IMG/VR virus record: IMGVR_UViG_3300045988_135711
DNA: 43,296 nucleotides
DNA from: a virus
Direction: 5' to 3' (one strand)
In this document: positions 35,543-43,187 of the stretch, piece after piece
Position numbering within the stretch: position 1 is the stretch's first letter
How the letters are laid out: the number at the start of each line of letters is the position of its first letter
Program-made: the position numbers and the translations under genes
Notes under the pieces: generated by a model
What the model saw: only the letters and a program-made list of their open reading frames with translations
Database searches by the model: none
Told to the model about the DNA's origin: nothing

Positions 35543-35911
35543 ATGGAAACAGTGACAATCAACGATACGGATTACAACGGATATTACTACGAATCCGAAT
35601 CGGATTCCTACTTACCTATGAGCGATTTATGGCAGGAATGGAATTACTATCATCCGACAGACAGAGCTACCTTCTACACAACAAAAATGAAGATTGCAAA
35701 AATCAGTGTGGATGAAGCACTGCGAGCGATTTATGACAAAATTGAAGGAAATCGTTGTGAGCATATGGCGTGGTATCTATTCGAAGATACACCAAAAGAA
35801 TTCAAACAATTAATGCAGCAATTACTGGATGAGATTCCGAAATTCGGAAGAGTAGAATATTATGTGCCAGATAAACACATAAATCCCGATGTTGATTTGG
35901 AGGATGATTAA
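35543..35911 (+). CDS. hypothetical acidic protein, paralog of 34940..35302
   Basis: KEFKQLMQQLLDEI...INPDVDLEDD. Confidence 0.7.
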   Translation: METVTINDTDYNGYYYESESDSYLPMSDLWQEWNYYHPTDRATFYTTKMKIAKISVDEALRAIYDKIEGNRCEHMAWYLFEDTPKEFKQLMQQLLDEIPKFGRVEYYVPDKHINPDVDLEDD

Positions 35912-36499
35912 ATGAAATCACCAACTACAAATCATATAGAATATCTAATTTTTAAACATACTAACAAATTAGGAACTTATGGATGTAGAGAAGTAAAGAT
36001 AGGTGGTGTAAAAACCAAACGATTTATTACGGATAATCAAGAATTTGTGGATTACATGACAATTACATCAGACGGAGAAATAACTTGTTATGAAATCAAA
36101 TCAAGTTTGGAAGATATAAAATCAAATGCTAGGTTATCATTTTATGGACATAAAAACTATTTTGTGATGCCGACAGAATTGTATAACGATATATGTAATG
36201 AATCGTGGTTTTTAAGAAAATTAGAAAATCATACCGTAGGTGTTATATCAGTAAACAAATTTGATGAATTAAAAGTAGTTAAGAAATGTAAGAATAAGAA
36301 ATTGTCGATTGGAACTCAAACTATATTACTAGAATCCTTTGCTAAATCAACTGCTAGAGATGTAGCAAAGTTATATCAGTTAGAAAAATCAAGCGAAAGA
36401 CGTTTAAGTTCAAAACAAATCGATGATTTACTAAAAGAAATTGTGACAGAAGATTTTGTTGTTAATGCAATTAATGAATTTAAAGCATTGGAGGACTAG
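35912..36499 (+). CDS. possible PD-(D/E)XK nuclease-fold protein (MmcB-like)
   Basis: VDYM...CYEIKSS resembles the D...E.K motif. The function call is tentative. Confidence 0.7.
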   Translation: MKSPTTNHIEYLIFKHTNKLGTYGCREVKIGGVKTKRFITDNQEFVDYMTITSDGEITCYEIKSSLEDIKSNARLSFYGHKNYFVMPTELYNDICNESWFLRKLENHTVGVISVNKFDELKVVKKCKNKKLSIGTQTILLESFAKSTARDVAKLYQLEKSSERRLSSKQIDDLLKEIVTEDFVVNAINEFKALED

Positions 36500-36501
36500 T
36501 A

Positions 36502-36855
36502 ATGCAAAACGAAATAATAAACAAAATAGCCGAATGGTTACAAATCAGCGTGGAAAAAGCAGTAGAACTTTATCCACAGTTAAGAATGGAAACGGTGTGG
36601 TATTCGGTGATGAATAATGTTTCGACAATTCTATTGTGCTCAGGAGTTGTAATAATAATCTTTATGTTTGTGGATTATATGAACTATACAATGTGTTCAT
36701 ATAAGGATGAAGTAGAAATTAAAAAATCTGCAAGTGAAAGATTAAAACAGTTTGCTAAATTTTTAATGGTTTTAGTTGCTTTACTATTAGTTTTAAGCAT
36801 AGTTTCACCTTTCTTATATCCAAACATCGTGTTCTTTAAACAGTTTGTGAAGTAG
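36502..36855 (+). CDS. membrane protein
   Basis: Two long hydrophobic segments; RBS ggagga. Confidence 0.65.
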   Translation: MQNEIINKIAEWLQISVEKAVELYPQLRMETVWYSVMNNVSTILLCSGVVIIIFMFVDYMNYTMCSYKDEVEIKKSASERLKQFAKFLMVLVALLLVLSIVSPFLYPNIVFFKQFVK

Positions 36856-36863
36856 GTGGGTAA

Positions 36864-37061
36864 ATGACACTATTTGTAATTTTTAGAAATCAAGAAAAAT
36901 ATACTTTCTATGGTTTAAAGGAATACAGTATTGAATATGGAAAATATCTGAAATTTACTTATACAGGGGAAAAGGACAATTATTGGTCTCAACGTAAAGA
37001 AAAAACACACGAAGGATGCTTTATGTTAGATGCAATCGCTGGTTATTATGTTCATAAATAG
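36864..37061 (+). CDS. hypothetical protein
   Basis: ORF with RBS aggtggg. Confidence 0.6.
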   Translation: MTLFVIFRNQEKYTFYGLKEYSIEYGKYLKFTYTGEKDNYWSQRKEKTHEGCFMLDAIAGYYVHK

Positions 37062-37074
37062 GGAGGTTGAGTAA

Positions 37075-37416
37075 ATGAGTATACTAGATTTTATAATCAA
37101 ACACTCTCTACGTTTTGATTTAATATTATTGAGCATTTTTGTAATTGCCTTGCTTTGGTGCGCTTTAGATTTATACAAATTAAAGCGTGAAGGTACACCT
37201 CTTGAGCGAGCGTTGAAGCAATTAGAACAAGAAAGGCAAGAAAATATCAAATGGCAGATAAATCGGAATTTAGAAGCTAGAAAAAGAAAAACAGCAATAT
37301 CCGATTTAATCGCAATGTTTGGTAACAGGGATATTAAAATTGATTACGAAAGTGATAGATTTTACGTAATCATAAAAATAAATAAAGATGAATTAATTGA
37401 AAGGGAGGTTAAGTAA
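37075..37416 (+). CDS. N-terminally membrane-anchored protein
   Basis: ORF with RBS gggagg. Confidence 0.65.
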   Translation: MSILDFIIKHSLRFDLILLSIFVIALLWCALDLYKLKREGTPLERALKQLEQERQENIKWQINRNLEARKRKTAISDLIAMFGNRDIKIDYESDRFYVIIKINKDELIEREVK

Positions 37417-37907
37417 TGCCTAATTGGTGTGAAGGGTATTTAAAGATTAGGGGTAAGAGAGAAGACTTAATCAATTTCATTGAAAATGAGATTCTATTAA
37501 TGAATTATATCGATTCTGACAATATCGAAGAAGAAAATATCAAATTGGAATTTTATGATTTTGAATATTTCTTTGGGTACGACAAAAGTGAAAGACAATA
37601 TTTATATCTCAAAAATAGCCACCGTTTTTTCATTGAAGATGAATCTATTCGTTTCCAATACGATGAAAGGGAAAGTGCACCACACTACTTACTGCTGCAT
37701 ATTAGACGGTCATGGAGCATTAAGAATGAAAAAATGCTTGTTGAAGATAGCAAGAAATATCATTTAGATTTCAATGTATATGCAACTGAAAGAAATCTGG
37801 AATTTGAAGAATACATCACTATCATCGATGGTGAAATCACAAAAAATGAAACAAAAGAATATGACGATTTCCGTTTCGAAGCAATCAATCCCGAATTAGG
37901 AGGTTAA
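37416..37907 (+). CDS. hypothetical protein with an MPNWCEG N-terminus (DUF1281-like start)
   Basis: ORF with RBS gggagg; family assignment is tentative. Confidence 0.65.
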   Translation: MPNWCEGYLKIRGKREDLINFIENEILLMNYIDSDNIEEENIKLEFYDFEYFFGYDKSERQYLYLKNSHRFFIEDESIRFQYDERESAPHYLLLHIRRSWSIKNEKMLVEDSKKYHLDFNVYATERNLEFEEYITIIDGEITKNETKEYDDFRFEAINPELGG

Positions 37908-37910
37908 GTA

Positions 37911-38354
37911 ATGGACACACTAGAAAGAGAAAAAGAAATTGACTTATTAGAACGTGAATGTTGCCCGTTTAAAGAAGGTGACGAATATTGGGGTTTGAAT
38001 AGTGACGGGAGCGTTTCAAAATTAACCTGGGATAATCACTATATCGACCAAAGCGTGTTAATGCTAGGTAATGCATTTAAAACATCAAAAGAAGCAATCC
38101 TAGAAGCAGACCGTAGAGTGTTGCTGCACAACTTCAAAATGTTCAGAGATAAATGTAATGGGGATTGGAAACCTAATTTCACTTATCACGACAATAAATA
38201 CTTTATAGAAAAAAGGAGTGGGAAAATAGACGTTAATTATATTTGTACGGTTAACGCATTCATACTTTTCGGTTACTTTAAAAACGAATCCGATGCACAA
38301 AAAGCCATCGAACTCTTTGGCGATGAAATTAAGCGGTTATATGTGGAGGTGTAA
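37911..38354 (+). CDS. hypothetical protein, paralog of the C-terminal half of 32691..33473
   Basis: FRDKCNGDWKPNF...FGYFKNESDAQKAIELFGDEIKRLYV. Confidence 0.75.
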   Translation: MDTLEREKEIDLLERECCPFKEGDEYWGLNSDGSVSKLTWDNHYIDQSVLMLGNAFKTSKEAILEADRRVLLHNFKMFRDKCNGDWKPNFTYHDNKYFIEKRSGKIDVNYICTVNAFILFGYFKNESDAQKAIELFGDEIKRLYVEV

Positions 38355-38356
38355 TA

Positions 38357-38563
38357 ATGAGATTTATTTTATGGACAATCGCAATCTGTGTTTCGGGATT
38401 GCTGGCAATCTTAAAACTATTCGGATTGCAGTATAGTTGGGTGATTGCTTTCTCACCAGTGTTAGGATTACTAGCGTTCGAGTTATTCGTTTCGCTAGTA
38501 GCAATTTTATACATTATCGTAAAAGCAGCGTTTGTGGTATTAAAACGTAGAAAGAAGGGTTAG
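38357..38563 (+). CDS. small two-TM membrane protein
   Basis: ORF with RBS ggaggtg. Confidence 0.65.
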   Translation: MRFILWTIAICVSGLLAILKLFGLQYSWVIAFSPVLGLLAFELFVSLVAILYIIVKAAFVVLKRRKKG

Positions 38564-39583
38564 ATGCAGTTTTTAGATCTATTCGCAGGTATCGGTGGCT
38601 TCCGTCTAGGGATGGAAGCTGCAGGACACCAGTGCATTGGATTTTGTGAAATTGATAAATTCGCAAGAGCAAGTTATAAAGCAATTCACGACACAAAAAG
38701 GGAAATAGAATTACATGACATTACAACCGTATCAGACGAGTTTATTCAATCCATCGGACATGTCGATGTTATCTGTGGAGGATTTCCGTGCCAAGCTTTC
38801 TCGATTGCAGGGAATAGAAGAGGATTCGAAGATACGAGAGGAACTCTATTCTTTGAAATCGCAAGGTTCGCATCTATTCTCAAACCTAGAATTTTGTTTC
38901 TTGAAAATGTCAAAGGGTTACTCAACCACGACAAAGGAAGAACATTTGAAACCATCTTGCAAGCGCTGGATGAACTGGGGTACAACGTGGAATGGCAAGT
39001 GCTTAACAGCAAAGATTTCGGAGTGCCACAAAACAGAGAACGAGTGTTCATTATCGGACATCTTAGAGGAGAAGGTGGACGAAAAGTATTTCCTATCGAT
39101 GGACAAATTAAAAACGTTAATTGTGTACGACAAATAGGCAATCTGATACAAACATCGAGTTACGGTGGTAATCCACATAGAGGTAGAGTTTATTCGTCGA
39201 AAGGAATCTCACCTAGTCTGAATTGTATGGGTGGTGGAGGTAGAGAACCTAAAATCCGTATCAAAGAAGCAACCAAAAAAGGTTATGCAGAAGCAACAAT
39301 CGGAGATAGTGTAAATCTTTCACATCCTAACTCAAAAACGAGAAGGGGTAGAGTAGGTAAAGGGATTGCGAATACGCTACTCACTGGAGAAGAACAAGGT
39401 GTGGTTTTGAATGATTTCAGAATCCGTAAACTAACCCCGAAAGAATGTTGGAGATTACAAGGATTTCCAGATTGGGCTTTTGAAAGAGCAGCAAAGGTAA
39501 ATAGTAATAGTCAACTATACAAACAAGCAGGTAATAGTGTGACGGTAAACGTGATTGAAGCTATCGCAAGGAGGTTAGTATGA
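38564..39583 (+). CDS. dcm: DNA (cytosine-5)-methyltransferase, orphan
   Basis: FAGIGG (motif I), GFPCQAFS (IV), ENVKGL (VI), QNRERVFIIG (VIII), GNSVTVNV (X). Confidence 0.95.
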   Translation: MQFLDLFAGIGGFRLGMEAAGHQCIGFCEIDKFARASYKAIHDTKREIELHDITTVSDEFIQSIGHVDVICGGFPCQAFSIAGNRRGFEDTRGTLFFEIARFASILKPRILFLENVKGLLNHDKGRTFETILQALDELGYNVEWQVLNSKDFGVPQNRERVFIIGHLRGEGGRKVFPIDGQIKNVNCVRQIGNLIQTSSYGGNPHRGRVYSSKGISPSLNCMGGGGREPKIRIKEATKKGYAEATIGDSVNLSHPNSKTRRGRVGKGIANTLLTGEEQGVVLNDFRIRKLTPKECWRLQGFPDWAFERAAKVNSNSQLYKQAGNSVTVNVIEAIARRLV

Positions 39584-39777
39584 AAATTAGAACTCTTATC
39601 GTATATGAAGGTTCACCAAAGCATTTTTTAAAGCATTGTACGTGTGACTTAGAAACGCATAAATTAACTTTAGAAGGAAACGAAATTGAAAATGTATTTA
39701 TTATCGGTAAGGAATTGGATGCAAAAGGTTGGGTGCGTGATTATATTGAAAATTATCGTAAAATCCACAATCAATAA
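39580..39777 (+). CDS. hypothetical protein
   Basis: ORF with RBS aaggagg. Confidence 0.65.
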   Translation: MKIRTLIVYEGSPKHFLKHCTCDLETHKLTLEGNEIENVFIIGKELDAKGWVRDYIENYRKIHNQ

Positions 39778-39910
39778 TTATATATACGAATACGATTCTA
39801 CTGAAATCGTAATCTATCCTAGGGAATGTGTAATCATCAAAGAAGAAGGTAAACCACTAATCATTTTAAAAGATGAATATATTGAAAGAATGGAAATAAA
39901 GGAGGGTTAA
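39686..39910 (+). CDS. hypothetical protein; start uncertain (TTG 39686 or ATG 39719), or joined to the previous ORF by a frame change
   Basis: 39778-39910 is open only in this frame and abuts the RBS of the next gene. Confidence 0.45.
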   Translation: MKMYLLSVRNWMQKVGCVIILKIIVKSTINNYIYEYDSTEIVIYPRECVIIKEEGKPLIILKDEYIERMEIKEG

Positions 39911-39911
39911 A

Positions 39912-41111
39912 TTGCAAGAAGAACAGAATCGAATTTTAGACTTAAAAGAAGAAGGGTATTCATGGACACAGATTGCGAATCGGTTAGGATATCCTCATTG
40001 GGATAAGGTACGAAGTAAAGTTCGCAGAACTCCACGTTACAAAGAAATGATGGCGAAAAAGAAAGAACAAACCGTTTTAAAAAGTACAACAGAAGAAGAA
40101 TTTAAAAAGAAAGATTATTTCGATGACGGTTCAATCGGTTCGCAGATTCGAGTAAGACAGAAAATTAAGAAAGTGTTTACGAATGAAGAATTGATTAAGT
40201 TACACGGATTCGACCCTAAAGAAGTCACGTTAAAATCAGCTACATCGAATGAATGGACGACACCTGTTGCTGGTGAAACGTATTACAACTATCAATCTAA
40301 AATCGTAGTAGTACCTAAGAAGAAAGAATTGCTTGCTATCGATGAAATCAGAAAATGTTTTGACGACATCGAACCACGAAGAATTGAGTTATCGTGTGAT
40401 GATTTACCAAAAGATTACTTACTGATTCCGCTATCGGATATGCATTTCGGATTAAATAGTGATGAAGATTATAAAGACTTACAAAAAGAAATTGCAGATA
40501 AGATTTTAAACACGTATGAAGAAATCTTATTCACAATCCACGGAGATTACTTCCATGTAGACAATTTCTTGAATACAACTGAAAAAGGTACACGTATTGA
40601 CGATGTGGACTTTCGGGAGGGTATTCAGGCAGGGTATCGGTTTATTGTACCGTTACTTGAACTAGCGCTTGAAAACAGTCCAAATGTTAAACTCGTGTAC
40701 TTAAAGGGTAATCATGCACCATCGGTTGATTTTATGTTTGTGGATGCATTAGAGAAACGATACTCACAGATTGAGTTCGATACCACCCTTGATGAATTTA
40801 AACATGCATGGTTAGGAACACATTCCATCTTTATGCACCACGGAGATAAAGTAAAAAATCCAACTAAATTACATGGAATCATGACAGCACACTTTGCTAA
40901 AGAGTGGGGAGAAAGTCAGTCACGGTATTTAATCACTGGACACTTTCATCATGAGAAATCTTTATCTTTCGCTGGTGTAACGTGGTATCAGTTGCAAAGT
41001 CCTAGCAAACATTCATCGTATGATAAAACAAACGGATTCGATACAAGCGAAACTGGACAAATGTTATTCGAATTTTCAGAAACAAAAAGGAGTGCGGTTT
41101 ATTATGTATAA
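39912..41111 (+). CDS. calcineurin-like metallophosphoesterase with an N-terminal HTH-like segment
   Basis: SDMHFG, HGDYFHVDN, KGNHA, GHFHHE motifs. TTG start with RBS aaggaggg. Confidence 0.75.
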   Translation: MQEEQNRILDLKEEGYSWTQIANRLGYPHWDKVRSKVRRTPRYKEMMAKKKEQTVLKSTTEEEFKKKDYFDDGSIGSQIRVRQKIKKVFTNEELIKLHGFDPKEVTLKSATSNEWTTPVAGETYYNYQSKIVVVPKKKELLAIDEIRKCFDDIEPRRIELSCDDLPKDYLLIPLSDMHFGLNSDEDYKDLQKEIADKILNTYEEILFTIHGDYFHVDNFLNTTEKGTRIDDVDFREGIQAGYRFIVPLLELALENSPNVKLVYLKGNHAPSVDFMFVDALEKRYSQIEFDTTLDEFKHAWLGTHSIFMHHGDKVKNPTKLHGIMTAHFAKEWGESQSRYLITGHFHHEKSLSFAGVTWYQLQSPSKHSSYDKTNGFDTSETGQMLFEFSETKRSAVYYV

Positions 41112-41415
41112 AGTTGTTTCACATAAAGACGATGCATACGTACTCAAAATCTTTGCATTCAATAATGAAGACTTGAATAATGGTAAGTTGATAGGGCTGG
41201 AACGTTTCGGTAATGATGATTGCATTGAAGATGATTTAGTTTATATGAATTTCAAATGTATCGATAAATTTAAAAGAGTTCATTACGATATTTACTTTCA
41301 TAGAAACGTACTTAGAAATGAGCCTAAAAATAAAATTATACTGACTGGGCAACTTATTGCGCTTGTAGACACAATTAAAAGAAATTCAAAAAGGAGTGCT
41401 ATTGATTATGTATAA
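41104..41415 (+). CDS. hypothetical protein
   Basis: The ATG at 41104 is preceded by aaaaaggagtgc. Confidence 0.65.
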   Translation: MYKVVSHKDDAYVLKIFAFNNEDLNNGKLIGLERFGNDDCIEDDLVYMNFKCIDKFKRVHYDIYFHRNVLRNEPKNKIILTGQLIALVDTIKRNSKRSAIDYV

Positions 41416-41599
41416 AGAACTAACAGTATTTTTAAAGAATGGAAACACATTAAAGTTTGAGAATGTCACAGATTTCAGTTTTAACTTATATTGTGACAAT
41501 GTGAATTTTTACTATGTGAGTATGTCAACAGGTAAGAAGAAATATGCAACTTTATTTTTAGATAAAATTGTGATGTATTCTTACGAAAAGGAGCAATAA
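41408..41599 (+). CDS. hypothetical protein
   Basis: The ATG at 41408 is preceded by the same aaaaaggagtgc box. Confidence 0.65.
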   Translation: MYKELTVFLKNGNTLKFENVTDFSFNLYCDNVNFYYVSMSTGKKKYATLFLDKIVMYSYEKEQ

Positions 41600-41602
41600 A
41601 CC

Positions 41603-41833
41603 ATGCTCACTTTATACTCAAAACCAAATTGCATGCAGTGCAAGTTTACAAAAGAATATTTACTAGATCATAACATCGAATATAAAGAAATTAATGTCAT
41701 GGAAGATGTAGAAAAATTAGAATACATCAAAAACGAACTAGGGTATCAAACGTTACCCGTGATTGAAACTGATACAGGGAATTCGTGGTTCGGATTCCGA
41801 CCCGATTTACTGGAGGGGTTGAATGGAGAATAA
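41603..41833 (+). CDS. nrdH: NrdH-like glutaredoxin
   Basis: LYSKPNCMQCKFTKEYL has the CxxC thioredoxin-fold pattern; 76 aa. Confidence 0.85.
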   Translation: MLTLYSKPNCMQCKFTKEYLLDHNIEYKEINVMEDVEKLEYIKNELGYQTLPVIETDTGNSWFGFRPDLLEGLNGE

Positions 41834-42227
41834 TTATCATTTAAAGCAGATTCGGTTAATTGATAAAGAGATTAATCAAATGCTAAATGAATTAGAACGC
41901 ATTCAATGTTCATTGATGCGCAGTCCACAATTAAAGCAAGTAAGTGTGCAGGAATCAAAAGTTGGATTGAAGGACGATGTGTATATCAAGATGATTGAAT
42001 ACAATGATAAGATTAATCAGAAAGTGGATGAATTAATCGATACGAAAAAGAAAGTATTCGATACAATCGAACAAATCAAAGACCATGAACAACGATTGAT
42101 TTTAAAAATGCGCTATGTGGATTGTGAAAAATGGGAAGACATCGAAGAGGAATTGCATGTATCGAAAAATACGATGCATAGAATCCACAGAAAAGCATTA
42201 AAAGAATTTAATTCATTATGGTACTAA
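41823..42227 (+). CDS. ArpU/RinA-like late-gene transcriptional activator (sigma region-4-like)
   Basis: C-terminal ILKMRYVDCEKWEDIEEELHVSKNTMHRIHRKALKEF; last early gene before the packaging region. Confidence 0.8.
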   Translation: MENNYHLKQIRLIDKEINQMLNELERIQCSLMRSPQLKQVSVQESKVGLKDDVYIKMIEYNDKINQKVDELIDTKKKVFDTIEQIKDHEQRLILKMRYVDCEKWEDIEEELHVSKNTMHRIHRKALKEFNSLWY

Positions 42228-43040
42228 TTGCGCTAGAATGTGACTATATATGTGTGGTAATGTTATTGTGCAATAAATGGCTATGGGGCAACTCATAGCC
42301 TATACATACTAATCGGCTTAGCGATATAATCCTTGGTGACAAGGGAAAGTTACTCTTTTATATGTCAAGAGTAGCGGTGGTAAAATACCAATCTAAGCAA
42401 CGTGGGTATTAATGGAATAAGAAATTGTTCCAGCTTCGAAAACTATCATTTTTAGGCAGAGTCAATCGATGAGCCAATGCAGTCATGCGTTAATGAATGG
42501 TTGAAGAAGTGATATGACACAAGGTAATAGCGTGAGGGTAGCTCTAAGCGCAACTACCATGAATAGATTTCTTGAGGTGGACAACCTTGTAAATCTATTT
42601 GAGTGAAGAACGATGCTAACGTTCATGCATAACAAGCAGGCGCTGGGGATTTTGTTATTCAAAAGATAACGAACTCTAAGGCAATGCGTGTCTGTGACAA
42701 TATAAATATGGGATAATGACGATTTAAAACTTATTAGCAAAATAAGCAGATTGGATTAAAGCAAAAGTCATTGCCCGTTATAAACGATAGTGCCTTTTTG
42801 TAGGATTGACCTACACACGAAACCTTCGCAAGAGGAATCGTGAAGTCGAAAAGTAAAGCAGTTTAGACCGTAGCTAGGTTTTTATTAATTGAAAGACGGC
42901 TTAGTAGTTTATAACGATACGAGTAGTTAGCGATACTAACTAGGCATGAGTGTTACGTGTAGGGATATGCGTGGAAACGAAACTAAAACATAAGGTTTCA
43001 AAAGACACTCAAACGTTACCTGTATTCTCAAGGTGTTAAA

Positions 43041-43093
43041 TGCTGTACCCGTGGAAGGGCGTTTATGTTAAGGTTCGATTCCTTATGCAGCAG
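43041..43093 (+). ncRNA. truncated tRNA-like module: acceptor stem, short UGGA-loop hairpin and canonical T arm; no anticodon arm
   Basis: tgctgta (43041-47) pairs with tgcagca (43086-92). ccc-GUGGAA-ggg (43048-59). taagg-TTCGATT-cctta (43069-85). Confidence 0.5.
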
Positions 43094-43130
43094 TTTTGAT
43101 TGCGGTATATATCTAAGGAGTATACCTTTA

Positions 43131-43162
43131 CCTCTCATGTTTATTGCATGAGGGGTATTTTT
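43131..43162 (+). terminator. intrinsic terminator closing the ncRNA unit
   Basis: 9-bp stem cctctcatg/catgagggg with a 7-nt loop, then taTTTTTa. Confidence 0.8.
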
Positions 43163-43187
43163 ATACATAAAAACGAAAGGAGCAGTT

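Larger units (their letters stand above)
42240..43162 (+). ncRNA. candidate large (about 0.9 kb) structured non-coding RNA; 5' end not defined
   Basis: No credible ORF. Dense perfect hairpins, including GNRA tetraloops. 3' tRNA-like module and an intrinsic terminator. Confidence 0.5.

Noticed and set aside
42483-42740. 85-aa minus-strand ORF inside the candidate ncRNA
   Set aside because: It has no RBS and an odd composition, and it lies antisense to a region dense in + strand hairpins. The same applies to 43028..43231 (-), which would also overlap the terminator and the next gene's start.
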